A stretch of DNA of 63,067 nt, filler included, from Hyphochytrium catenoides (lineage: Eukaryota; Protista; Hyphochytriomycota), in NCBI GenBank assembly GCA_900088475.1. It is 9 parts of 9 records of this genome, joined end to end, with 100 filler letters (N's around TTAATTAATTAA, not from the genome) between each part and the next. Parts side by side here need not be neighbours in the genome. Positions count along the whole stretch, not along the records: positions 1 to 23,268 come from FLMG01001708.1; positions 23,369 to 43,023 come from FLMG01000155.1; 7 more parts are not named here. One strand, given 5' to 3'. The position numbers and the translations under genes were made by a program. Below the pieces are notes generated by a model. The model did not search any database. It saw nothing but the letters and a program-made list of their open reading frames with translations, and was not told the origin of the DNA. Every line of letters begins with the position of its first letter. Within the stretch, counting starts at the first letter, position 1. Shown one piece after another: positions 12,040-23,861 of this stretch.

Positions 12040-15000
12040 ATGACTCAGCAACAAGAGCCATACACTGCAGCACAATTTAAGCAAGCGATCCGCGCTCTGT
12101 ACTTCGAAAGAAATGAGGCAGTTCGGAAGAAGGCTAACGAATGGCTTCAGCAATTTCAGAAGTCGCATGAAGCCTGGGAGATCTCCATAGACTCGCTGCA
12201 GAAGGCCGATGCTTCAGCAGAGGAGGCCGTTTTCTGTGCCCAAACCCTGCATAGAAAAGCTCAACGCCGGCACGAGATTGTGGAGGGAGGCTTCAACCCA
12301 TTGATCTCAGCTCTATTGCAGCTTATTAGAAAGTATGCCGCTTCCAACACGCACTCGGTTGTGCTTACGAAGCTCTGTCTGGCACTCGCGGCGTTCGTGA
12401 TTATCCCAGGCACAGATGCTCACACACCAGTCAACATGTTCAACTCCACGCTTTCGTTCTTTGATGGAGTCAGTGATCCTGATGCTGACAGCCATGCTCT
12501 TCTGGAGTTCCTGTCAGTTCTTCCTGAAGAATGCGAAGATGAACATCTGTCGCTGTCGAAGACCAAGAGAACAGAGAGCTCTGGGGCGATCCGCTCTTGC
12601 GGAGGACAGGTCCTGCAGGTGCTGATCACGATGGATCGTTTGGGGAGAGAGCAACGGCTGAAGAGATCTGAGCACCTCCGCTTTCAAGTCTTCAAATGCC
12701 TACGTGTCTGGGTAGAGTTCGATGGCATCAGTCCTGCACTGGTGGTCAGTTCTGGTCTCATGGACCAGCTATTCCACTCGCTCGCGTCAGGTTCATCTCT
12801 GTCAATAGCTTCTGAGGCAATCAGCGCAACCTGCGCTAAATGCTCAACGTTAGGCATAGAGCAGATCCAGCTATCCGAGATTATCTTCGCCAGACTCTTG
12901 GACCTGTTTCAGCTTTACCATGCTAAGCACAACGGCAATCCTTCTTCCCCCTCGTCTTCTTCTTCCTCCAGTCTAGCCGATGACAGCGACTGGGAAGTGG
13001 CACTGGTCAAAGTTACAGTGAGTGCGGCGGAAGCCTTCATCAAAATGATTCTGCAACCTCCCACCGACCGACTTTCGACCTATAGGAACAAGCTGGTAGA
13101 GGCACTGGTAGAGTACACGGGAAGTAGGATAGTCCCCGTTTCTTCTGCGGTCTTGGACTACTGGGCAGAGCTCTTAGATGTGATCAAGAGAGAGTGTCCA
13201 TCTCTGCTTGCCCAATTTGACATTCTTTTCGTCAAAGTGTCGATCGTTGCCTCTTCGCAGGCTCAGTTTCCCATGGATTATGAGGAGATGGATGAGGAGC
13301 TTAAAGATCAGTTTTCTGTTTATCGGAATGATATTAGGGAGCTGTTGAGGGCGATAGTTATTGGCCGCACTCCTACAAGCACGCTAGACTTCCTGGCCCA
13401 GATCGCCAAGTCATATGGCGAAGAGTTCGAAGCAAATGGACAAGCAGGCAAGGATGGGATCAAGGTGAGATGCAACGGGAGTAGTGGACTAGGGGAAGAG
13501 CTTAAGGGCTATAAAATGGGAAAGTGAGAACGAAGAGGGCTCTGAGAGAAAGGACGGGGCGGGCAAGGGAAGCAAACAACAGAAAGAGTAGGATGGTCGA
13601 CCATTGTTGAGGACGTCTAAGCTATCTTTGCTAATTGACATCATGCTAACACTTGCTTTCTTCTCTGTATAACGCTCTACTGTTGTTTCATTACTCGCCA
13701 CACTTCTACGACGCTACCTATCGCAGTGGAGACGTTTGGAGATGCTTCTGCACGCGTTGAGCACTGTGACCAAGAGTGTTCCAGTGGACGAGAGTACATT
13801 TATGCCCAATATTATCAGCAGCCTCCCACGACTCCAGCCCAAGCATCCAGGGCTCTTCTGCACGGCTGCACTTCTTATTGGACAGTCTTCCCGCTGGATC
13901 TCAAGGCATCCTTCTCTCCTGGACCCTTCAATACGGTTTCTAGAACAGACTTTCAATATGCCGGAGGAGGATTCTCTGTTTCCCATGAGAAGCAAGCAGG
14001 ATCACACTGGGGCGGTGGCCTTTCTCCAACTTTGTTCTTTGTGTGCTCCTGTCTTGGCGCAAGGCATGCAGTGGAACTACCTCACAGACCTGTTAAGCTC
14101 TATTAACGCAAAGAACGTGAGGACGAAGAGCAAGGTGCTCATCTTGGAAGGAATATGCAAGGTCTTCTCTTTCCTCCCTCCCCAAACCTGCCAAGCTGCT
14201 ACTCAGCAATTGGCCGGCGCTTTCTTCTCCGACTTAGACAAAGCCGCAATTGGAGCAAATGGGGATAAAGATAGAGTTGTTGCCCTATCGAAACTCCTTG
14301 TCATCCTTCGAGCGATCAAGCCAGAGTTTGCCTCAGCTCATAATACGGGAAGTTCAACGCATCAGCCTCTTTCTCTGGTTATGCAGAAGTTCTGGGGCCT
14401 TTTCTCACAGCACTATGTATTCTGGAAGACGAACCCTGAGGTGCTTTCTATGGCCTCTAAGGCACTCGCAGAGGGCCTGGCCAATCCAGCAGCTTCTGGA
14501 ATAGAGACCATAATCGCGGCTCTGGAGTGGATGATAAGGACATATGAGGGTGGCGCTCTAGACGCTAATCTGCTTCAGATCACTTCTTCTTGTCTTCCTC
14601 TCTATGAGAAGAACAACCATTTGTCTACTTGCCTATCCCATGCCCATCAAAGACTGACGGATGCTACCGCTCAAACTCTCAGCACGGCTCCAGGCAAATT
14701 TGATCAATTGCCAGACGTCACGAAGCACTTCTTTGACTTTTCTTCTGCCTGCTTGGACTCGAGGATCCAGGTGGTCACTCCAGAGTCCCTAGGCAAGACT
14801 GTGGAGCTAGCACTTCGAGGACTCGAAGTGCAGCACAAAGAAGCCGGGACCTCTCTTCTCCGCTTCCTGCAATCTCTGTGTTCTCTGCAGGAGGAGTACA
14901 AGAAGCGAAGTATGGACACACCAGACCCTTCCACGAACATGAAAGCACAGAGAGCGCTAGAGCTTCTTCACCACGTCTTCGTAGGGAGAGAGATGGGCGT

Positions 15001-15430
15001 AAGGCTGGTCAAGGGACTTGTCGCTGCTGCCTCCCTCATGCCCGCGTTCATGATAGAAGAAGTCTCTGAGACACTCAGGCAGATTTGTCTTCAACTCGGC
15101 GTCTCTCAGTTCTCTGCGTGGTTGAAGGTCGTGGTGCTCTCTGACCCTGCGTTTCCACGGCCCAATCTCACGCAGCAAGTCAAAGAGAAGTTCTGCATTG
15201 ATTTGCTAACGCCTGCCTGCTACACCAGCAAACATAAGTTCAAGAGGGCACTGAAGATGTTCTGTGGAGGAAAGAGAAAGGGAGGAGAGGGAATGCCGGC
15301 ATCGGCATCTTCTCTTTCTCATGGCAGGCTTGAGCGTTCCAGATCATTGGTCAATATTGCTGGAGTTGAATCTCCGTCAAGGCCAGTTCGGCCGCGATCA
15401 GGTAGCTCTGATTACGTTAGGTCACACTAG
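12040..15430 (+). CDS. Importin-beta-family karyopherin (transportin-3/Mtr10 or importin-13-like), two exons
   Basis: IBN_N-like start (RKKANEWLQQFQKSHEAWEIS...FCAQTLHRK), VLTKLCLALA, LEFLSVLPEE, FSVYRNDIRELL. HEAT-like helical composition. Phase-0 intron 13465-13726 (gtgaga...cgcag) joins the 12028 and 13736 ORFs. Confidence 0.88.
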
Positions 15431-16742
15431 GGCGACAATAGGCTTAAGTATACGGGAAGTTTGGTTCAAAGGGATGCATCTCTCGATCTCATCTTAGTCC
15501 TCATACTTTCAGTGTTAGCAGGGAAGGTCGTTGCCTATCCTCCTTTTCATGGCCCTTGTCGCTGCTTCTGCTCTGGCTCCTTTTGCTATCAAAGTTTGAA
15601 GGACTTAAGAGGAATGGTGGGACTCGTACGCTTACCGGCAGCCGCAGTTGGAGGGCAGCTGCCGGGCCTTTATCATATAGCTTGTCAGTGTAAACATCTA
15701 GAAGTTATGAGACGGTCTTCAGCAATAAAGGATCCCGTTTCACCCTGCTACGGAGCCACCGGGTCAACACCACCCTGACTGCTCCTTGATACCAAGGAGT
15801 CGCTCGCTCTCCTGCTGCAAGAGGGTTGCTGATCTCTGAGTTCCATAGTCATTACCAGGGGTTACGCTGCACTCATGCGTAACACTGTGGACCTATATCA
15901 ACAACTTTGGCTGTCTGAGACTAAATAAGCCCTCCTCCTCGATCAGAGAAGAAGTCCCATGAACAATACCTGGTTTAATATCTAATGTGGACACTTTGAT
16001 GTGTATCCTCTTCGTCTGCGGCTCGCGAGGACACCATTGGACGCATTGACAGGCCTGATGCCAGATGAAGCATCATTTACAACCTTTCACAGCCCGGAAG
16101 GCAAGGAATCTACCGGCAAGCGAGACAACAATGTATCCACCAATAAGAGTGGAATTCCAAGAAACAAAGGGGACCGCGGTTCTTCACAATCAGCTCATGA
16201 ACAGCAACGTTAACACGCTGGTAATTTAGATGATTACCCATCAGTCGCCTGCTGCGACTCGCGATAACACCAATGAGGGCATCATGATGCTCAGCGAAGC
16301 ACAGGCCCAATCTAACCAAACTAGGGCCGAATCAGCGCTATACAAAGATTTGAAGGAGCTTTCTGATGAGATGTCTATGCGAATGATCAATGACATGATC
16401 CGAGGAAAGGATAACGAGAGACAAGAGGGATAATCCCTCTTCAATGTTTCTGGCCTCCATAGATGGTGACTGACGTATCTCAAGTCAGAGCTTTTCAACC
16501 GACATACCAACATGTAGTCAGCCTAAAACTTCCTGAACAATAAAACTTGTCAATGCATCTCTGATGAATCACACGTTATTATGCACTGCAGTGCCTCCTG
16601 GTGTTCTTCCGTGCTGGGCGGACTAGGCGGAGATCCTCAATGTACTCGACCATGGCATTCGCTATGCCTGCTTCGCTCATGAATGGTGTCGTTCCACATG
16701 GATCGCAGAGCACTCAGATCTCCTGCGAGATCCACAGAGATT

Positions 16743-16920
16743 GACCGTAGAGCTGTCAGTTCTATGTGAGATCCAGCGGTAGCTGCTCCGGCAGAGAATG
16801 ACCGTAGAGCTGTCAGATCTATGTGAGATCCAGCGGTAGCTGCTCCGGCAGAGAATGACCGTAGAATTAGAGCTGTCAGATCTATGTGAGATCCAGCCGT
16901 TGCTGCTCCAGCGGAGATGC
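16743..16920. repeat. Tandem repeat, 57-bp unit, about 3 copies
   Basis: Unit gaccgtagagctgtcagatctatgtgagatccagcggtagctgctccggcagagaat occurs twice nearly perfectly, followed by a third diverged copy with a 6-nt insertion. Confidence 0.9.
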
Positions 16921-17629
16921 AGGGAGCTGTAAAGGCGCGAAGGGGCTGTCGAAGAGCTGATGTGAGAGCTGAAGAGAGCGTGGGCGACACTGTGTACTGG
17001 AGGACTTCTGAGGGAAAGATTATTAAAATCAGTCAGACGGAGATCATAACTCAGAATCCCTTTTTGATTGAATAAGACGGTTACCGGCTAGCTGGCGCGG
17101 CTTTGGGTGCTATCCGCGGTGATCACGCAGCTGCGGTTCTATGTCTGCTACTCGTAGTCCTTTCTTTATATTAGGGAAGCACTTCGAACTTCGAGCAACG
17201 GGAGTTGGGCTAGCGACGATATCAGTACCAATGGGGCTCTTGGTTGAAGCTTGCAGTCTCTCACATGCTGCAGATGGCTTAGGTGGGGAGAGTGAACATT
17301 TTTACGCTGATGATCAGGGAGATCAGCCTATCGCAGAGCTCGTGATAAGTCCAGCTTGGACTGGTCATTGCTAAAGTTTTTAGCCCCAGGGTCACACTCT
17401 AAGAAGGGCTACAACTTGAGATTGCTTGGCGTAAAGTCGTCCTCCAGTTGTCCCACCATTACATCAGCACCTTGGGCCATAAGATGTCTAGGACGAGTAG
17501 AAGGGTGGCCTCTTCAGCTGCACCCTAAGCTCTACCAATAGGCTACATACGGCCATTCGGCATCGACCCTCCTGGCTTCAAAACTTTGGGGAGGTTCCAT
17601 TTACGAGCATTCATTTAGCATCAGGGAGG

Positions 17630-19867
17630 ATGTCCGAACTAGATGAGATCAACCTTGACGAGGGTGCGGAAGACTTCTTCGCTAGCCTGGGAGGTGATGA
17701 AGGCATTGGTGATGCAGCGTTTGCTGAAGGTGACGGGGATTTACTGAATGCTGTTGATGATAGCGCTTTCCCCACTGCTGACGAGTCTTCTGAGGATGAA
17801 GTGCCGGTAATGTACTAGAACAGAGAAGCAGGGACGCACAACGATATCGTCAACGCTAAATGACTTCTTACCTGCGTTACCTCTTGTTCCTTCTTTGCCC
17901 TAGTTATCCGCTATCGCAAGGCGGCCGAAGCCGTCGGCGAAGAAAGGTGCAGCAGGCAGGGCAAATGGCAAGGCAAGCGCAGGAAAAGGCGCAAAAGCCA
18001 AAAGCGGCTCGAAAGCAGCAAAGAGTCAAGCGAAAGCTGTGGCGATCGCTCCAACTGTCAAGAATGAAGTTGTGCCGGCTGAGACACCCTCAAAGAGTGC
18101 CGTGACAAGCAGTAGTCTTAGCTATGTTCCACCCAAGCCTATCAAGGCTGAGCCCAAAGCTGAGGCGCTTACCATGGAAGAAAGGATTGTGAACCTCCTA
18201 GTCCCTGGCATGAGAGTCCAGGAAATAATGTCTCTGCTGAAAAAGCTGAGAGAGTCACAGAAGGTAACAGATTCCGAAGGCTCGTCTCCAGCTGACGCTG
18301 ACCCCAAGACTGGTAGGTGGTGAAGATGGCACAAAGAATCTTGAGCCGTTGTCAATATGATTAGGAGCGACAAGCCACCGTTCTTGCATTATGTCTCGCT
18401 TTGACGCCATCTCCTTCCATAAGTTCTCGTAACCCCTTTTCTCAGGTTGATTCTCTACCTAGACTAAAAGCTATCCTCCCTGTTCTTGATGGTTGTCTGG
18501 CCATCTATAGCCCCCCGATACACCTGCGATCTGTGTGGGAATACCGATCAGCAATACTTCGTGCAAGATTACGCTAGAGGAGACACGGTTTGCAGAGGCC
18601 CAGACGGCAGTGGGTGTGGCAACGTGGTGCAGGATCACATCGTCTATGAAGGAAATGCATATAGAAAATTCGAAGGAGAGGAGGACAAGAGCCATCACGG
18701 TCAGGCTCCAAATAAATTGTTCTCTAGCAGCTTCAATCTCAGGACCGGGATCTCAACGGTGAGTCCCCACCCTATCGATCCTCAAGCTATTCCCACGAGA
18801 GGCTGACAGACAGTCCTTCTCTCCTCCGTATCCGGGCCCCTCAGGTGGGTCAAGACTCTGGCCAACTGCGCAGAGCTGCTGAGTATGTTGAAATGAACCT
18901 TAGTCAAATGGGCAAAGATGACCGGCGGACGCGCGTCGGCTATAAAGATCAGGTGGGCCACTAGTCTCAAGCATCATTAATAGTTCTGCGCTTCAGCTTT
19001 TCCCCACCTCTCGATCCTCTTAGTGAAGCACTGTTTCCTCCCGTGTTCCATTGGCGACTATACCTTCTCGCCTCTCGACGTATGGAGTCAAAAGGACCTC
19101 GCCATAGCTAATACGTGTCGGTCTCCTATGTCTAGATGAAGAAGAAGGCATTCGAACTTATTGTCAACGCTGCGCATAACCTTGATATACACGAACAAGT
19201 AATCACCAAGGCTCAACTCATGTTTGCAAGCTTTCGAGATGACAGAGAGCATGTCCATCAGTTCGAGGCCATGGTCGCAGCCTGTATCATGGCTGCATTT
19301 CTAGAGTCAGGCAAGGCCATGTACGATGCCACACAGGGAGGGACTCGACAGAAGACGTCATACAAGGACTTCCTCTCATCTCTCAATAAGGAAAGCAAGG
19401 AAGCAGAGGACGATAAGCTTCCTCTCTTCGAATGCAGATTTTGTGGAGCCACGTTTAATGCCAAGAAGTGGCTCCAGTATCACAATTGCAGCGCTGCACC
19501 CGAAAAAGGCAAAGAGAAGAACTCTGATACGGCTCAGAAGAAGCCTCGTCTTCCTCCACGACCTCCATCGTCTCCACCTCTGAGCATGAACCTGACTGCA
19601 AATGGTAACGGCAAGAAGTGGTTCCAATGCCCAGAGTGTCCCATGAAGTTCCTGACGCAAGCAAAACTGGATCAGCATGCCGAGAGGCATTCAAGAAAGC
19701 GAAAAGTGGACGACGATCTCAGCATGTTTGCAGTCCCAAAGGTTAGCAAGCTGGCAAGTCCCAATCCCTCAGTGCAGCTGCAGCATGTGCATGACAAAGT
19801 TAGCTTTAGGGGCCAGGGGCTAAGGCCATGGTTGGAAAAGATGACTACGGACGGGGAAGACATATGA
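17630..19867 (+). CDS. TFIIB-related protein: acidic/basic N-terminal extension, Zn ribbon, one cyclin-like repeat and two C-terminal C2H2-type fingers (5 exons)
   Basis: Exons 17630-17806, 17904-18312, 18511-18758, 18845-~18952 and 19136-19867, with phase-compatible GT-AG junctions. Zn ribbon YTCDLCGN...DYARGDTVCRGPDGSGCGNVVQDHIVYEG. B-reader-like AYRKFEGEEDKSHHG. Cyclin-like repeat AFELIVNAAHNLDI...VAACIMAA. Fingers FECRFCGATFNAKKWLQYHNC and FQCPECPMKFLTQAKLDQHAERH. Confidence 0.8.
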
Positions 19868-20628
19868 GCCTCAGTAGTCATTATTGGCCCATTTTCCAAG
19901 ATACCTCTCTCTCTCCTCCTTCGTCTCGTTAGTGGTGTCTCTCTATCAAAGTTCCTTTTCTGGCCGCTTCAGAAGACACTCGTCTCTGCTCTCAACGGTC
20001 CCGTAACTTGACTCAAGTAAGAGCTACGATCCCGGCGAGCTAAACTAGGATTTAAGGTTGCATGGGTTGACAGCTGGAGAAGCCTGCGGAGGACTCGTGG
20101 TGTGACCTTTCTAGGTGAAAAGGCAATGGTGTCCCCCTCACCAGAAGATGAGTGAACACCGGTCGACAGCTGTCCCATAGGTTGAACTAATTTATCAAGG
20201 CACCAGCAGTAAGTCCTCAATGTCCCTTCCAAGAAATGGAGAAGCAGAGGGCGCAAACTGTGATGCTGTCTACTAATATGAATCTTATATTGAACATAGC
20301 ATGTAGCCTTTATGCTATTCTTTAGCATGTGGAAAGAGTAATGAGAGGTCTTTGCCACTAGCCACAGAGTGTCCTTCGTCTGTCTGAACAGATTTCCTTA
20401 TTTACATACATCGCTACTCCATGTTGGAGACAGCAGAGGCAACGCTATTCTTAAGCAGTGAAATAGGAAATGAGAGAGAGCCAGCTGTCATTCACACATG
20501 AGACCACTTGTGGATCCGACAACAAATCGCGCGTGTTTATTGGAGCTTCTGAAGAAAGTTCGCCAAAGGACTAGGCTATAAAGCTCAAGACCTCAGCTCG
20601 GATGCACTACCGAGAGGGCTCTCAGCAT

Positions 20629-20991
20629 TTATCTAGCACGCTGGCGCATCTTTCTGCGCTTCCTTCGGAGGCGGCGCATACGCTTCTTGCGCCACTTAGC
20701 ACGCATACCTCCTTGGACATTCATGAGAATGGTCAGTGTGTCGGCCTCAGCAACGTTGTAGTCGGCAAGAGTGCCAGCCTGTGAAAGCAGCTCCATCAGT
20801 CAGGGCGCTCAAAACATGCACGAGTACGCTAGAGAGAGGCTTACCACAAGCTGCTTTCCGGCGCACATGAGGCGAGCGACAGGGATGAACTCCTGGCTCT
20901 CAATTGCCTCAGCAACATCGGCGATAGTTGCGTTTGGGGCCACATCAAGGGTGATGTGGCCACCGTTCACTCCACGGACAAAGATCTGCAT
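20629..20991 (-). CDS. RPL41: Ubiquitin-like domain (73 aa, ending GG) fused to ribosomal protein eL41 (25 aa); two coding exons
   Basis: Exon 1 (20991-20845) MQIFVRGVNGGHITLDVAPNATIADVAEAIESQEFIPVARLMCAGKQLV. Intron 20844-20779 (gtaagc...tttcacag). Exon 2 (20778-20629) AGTLADYNVAEADTLTILMNVQGG-MRAKWRKKRMRRLRRKRRKMRQRAR-stop. The last 25 aa are unmistakably eL41. Confidence 0.95.
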
Positions 20992-21017
20992 TTTGCTACC
21001 TCCTGGATGCTCAAATG

Positions 21018-21253
21018 CTGTCGTGAAGAAGGAAAGTATGCATAAGGACACAAGCTCGAGGCAACTGCTCCCGGACCTGTTGATAAGCTGCACCCTCACC
21101 TAACTTATACCTAATAACTCAGATAGTAGTCAGATTAAAAACGCCACATCTCTTCCTTTCCCTTCCAATGGAAACTCCTAAACCCTCATCGCATGGCCAC
21201 TCCTACTTCCTTAAGCATCATAACAAGAGCTCAATCATATATAGATACCTTAC
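21018..21253 (-). other. Probable 5'-UTR intron of the UBL-eL41 gene
   Basis: Strong donor CAG|GTAAGG at 21253 on the minus strand, and a pyrimidine-rich acceptor ctttccttcttcacgacag ending at 21018, 26 nt upstream of the ATG. Confidence 0.6.
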
Positions 21254-22671
21254 CTGGCACGATGTGTCCAGCAGAGCAGTCAGCAGAAAGTGAGTGGAGG
21301 TGGCGATAGCGCGGCGCCTGTCATCGCGGCGGACAGGAAAACCAAAGGCGGCGGGCGCCCTGATTGCCGCCAAACCGTCACACCTTTTGTGAGGTGCTTG
21401 GGATGTGTAGGTAGCTGTTCTCAAGTCACATATCCCGTATAAATGTACTGGTACCAATTTGGGATGGGTGTGAGATTTGAAAGGATCCTACGAGACCTCC
21501 ATACTTTATGTGTTATGGTTCGAGTCAACCCTCAAAAGGTATGACCGGAGTGCAGTGGATGAAGAAATGTATGGCTCTCCACTGCTCTCTCCTTGGCTTT
21601 CTCTCATCCAAGAACACTGGCACTGCCAACTATTTGAGGATTCGAGCCCCAGAATTGAGGATTCTCACATCAAAAAAGAAGGCTCGGGTGGGAAGCCCGA
21701 GTATTTTCTTCACATGCCTTAGTTATATCATAGGACAAATGAGTGTTAAACCCGGGTATATTCCGAGTATGGTTATCTTCCCCTACTTTTCCTAGACCAG
21801 ACTTGAACATCCTTCTATCGGTTATATAATAGTTATCAATTCTTTTACTAACCTTCCTACTTGAGTATGTGGGGTCCTGGACTCTNNNNNNNNNNNNNNN
21901 NNNNNNNNNNNNNNNNNNNNNNNNNNNNNNNNNNNNNNNNNNNNNNNNNNNNNNNNNNNNNNNNNNNNNCTCTGTCTGAACCTATTCTGATTCTGCGACT
22001 TTGGTGATGATTATTGTTTGTGTCCTGATACAAAGGTTCTCCACAAAATACGTGGGTAGCAGTACACTAAAATCTCTGCTCTTTACAGAGATTTCCACAT
22101 ACGACAATATACATTCTCTACAACGAATCTCTGCGATCGGTGAAAAGCGAAGCGGAGTTCTGTTTCTGGACGTCTTGGAAACGCTGCGATTGGATGATTT
22201 CAGAATTGCTTTGCTGCAGCCAATCATACTAGCTTTTATTCTCCTTCTTCGTAGCGTCATAGCGTGGGTCGGCGGTCTTTCTCCTCCGCCGTCGCTGATG
22301 CACTGATGCTACTACTAGACAGTAAGTAGCGCTAGTTGTGGGTGCTGATGGAGCAGCGAGAGCATGAATAGAAAGTAGTACCGTTGAAAATCGCAGAGGA
22401 GGGAGCGCCAGCAGGAAAATTGGAAAGACTATCAGGCTGATGAGGTCTTCATCAGGAGAAGTACCCAGCAGCATGCCATGAAGGATTTTCGGCTGGATGT
22501 GCGTCTCCAATAATGTTGTCCATCACAACGAGAAGGCGGGAAAAGCTTTTTGATAAGTAGAAGTCTGCTTTATTGAGATCTTGTGTTTATCAAAGAGCAA
22601 ATAGCTTGCCATCCTTCCTACTGACGACGGACGGTCGACCATTGCTGGGGAAACCATCAGCTGCTGCTTAA

Positions 22672-23268
22672 TTAGTGTTTCTTCTTCTCCTCCTCTTTCC
22701 TTTCGCCCCACCTCCTTCTCTTAGCCAGGATTGCTTCCGTCTCCTCTATGATCGCCGAGGAGGTCATCGAAGAAGGTGCGTCATCCACTGAGCTGTCCTT
22801 GTCCACCTCTCTTTCCTCAGCAGGGTCATCATCTGAGTCTTGAGCTTGATCATCATCCTCATTACTAGTAGTTACCACCTTCTGCAGATCATATTCCCGA
22901 ATGACAGTTTTCAACCAGAGTGCGACTAGTTTCCTGCCTTTTCGAGGAACGTATGGGTCCTCCTTGTTAAGAAATCGGTAGAGAATTGTTAGGGAAAACA
23001 TCTGCCATCCTTCTTCTTCTTTCTGCCTATCGCTCATTCTGGACTCCAGCTCTGTGAGCTCCGTAAAGAGCTCCTTTGAACTGAAGCTACCTAGATGCTG
23101 AGCACATAGGTGTCGGTAGACCTTCGCCAATCTAATCTTCAGTGACTTTTCTGCTTTCGTCAGCCTTGAAAAGGCAGCCCTGCAGGCCGCCTCCTTTCGG
23201 TTGCTCCACTTGTCGTCAGGGTCATGTATTTGTTCAGCAGCCACTGGAGATTCCTTTGGCAAACGATC
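22672..23268 (-). CDS. 5'-truncated ORF of unknown function (possibly a pseudogene or TE-derived)
   Basis: About 196-aa open frame running out of the gap, with protein-like composition (helical segment followed by an acidic tract). Downstream 22670-21980 has only broken frames. No recognisable family. Confidence 0.3.
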   Translation of the reverse strand, partial: DRLPKESPVAAEQIHDPDDKWSNRKEAACRAAFSRLTKAEKSLKIRLAKVYRHLCAQHLGSFSSKELFTELTELESRMSDRQKEEEGWQMFSLTILYRFLNKEDPYVPRKGRKLVALWLKTVIREYDLQKVVTTSNEDDDQAQDSDDDPAEEREVDKDSSVDDAPSSMTSSAIIEETEAILAKRRRWGERKEEEKKKH

Positions 23269-23368
23269 NNNNNNNNNNNNNNNNNNNNNNNNNNNNNNNN
23301 NNNNNNNNNNNNTTAATTAATTAANNNNNNNNNNNNNNNNNNNNNNNNNNNNNNNNNNNNNNNNNNNN
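23269..23368. other. Artificial contig spacer N44-TTAATTAATTAA-N44 (also at about 43024-43123, 47053-47152, 48942-49041, 50423-50522, 53927-54026, 55643-55742, 59183-59282)
   Basis: An identical 12-mer with stops in all six frames, centred in a 100-nt N block, occurs eight times. Confidence 0.97.
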
Positions 23369-23822
23369 AGAGAGAGAGAGAGAGAAAGAAAGAAGGAAAG
23401 AAAGAGAAGAGTAGATACAACAATATTAGAATTCAGAAAGAGAAACTTGGGCTAGTGAAAGGGAGAGAGAGAGTGAGAGAGAGGTCGTAAGGGAAGAAAG
23501 AGAGAGACGCGATACGTGCTCGGAGGGAAAGCTTCTTTCTTTGTTTACCTCGTGCTTGAGAGAGCTAAGCTCTAGAGGATTCCATGGGCGCCCTAATAGT
23601 GGAGAACGAACAGCTGTGGGAAGAGACACAAAGTGAGAGAAAGAGAGGGTTGAGAAGAGACACATAGGAGACAAGAGAGAGAGAGAGAGATGGAGCGAGG
23701 ACCTTGAGAAACGGACGAGAAAGAGAGAGAGAGAGTAGTATCCTTTGATAAGTAGGAAGCCAATGAGGAGGGAGAAGGAGGTCAAAGTAGTGCTTAAAAC
23801 TCTCTGTCTCTCTTTCTCTGTT

Positions 23823-23861
<39 letters not shown>

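Noticed and set aside
16743-16920. Possible CRISPR-like array
   Set aside because: The units are contiguous with no unique spacers, the context is eukaryotic, and there are no cas genes.
20629-20991. Calling the UBL gene FAU/eS30, Ub-eL40 or Ub-eS31
   Set aside because: The tail after GG is MRAKWRKKRMRRL..., which is eL41, not eS30 (KVHGSLARAGKV), eL40 or eS31.
21245-21420. ATACCTTACCTGGCA resembling the 5' end of U1 snRNA
   Set aside because: It has an extra C relative to AUACUUACCUGG, and no U1 stem-loops or Sm site follow. It is better explained as the reverse complement of a strong splice donor (CAG|GTAAGG) in the 5' UTR of the UBL-eL41 gene.
23313-23324. TTAATTAATTAA as a piggyBac target site or regulatory palindrome
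   Set aside because: It is always centred in a fixed 100-nt N block, so it is an assembly linker.
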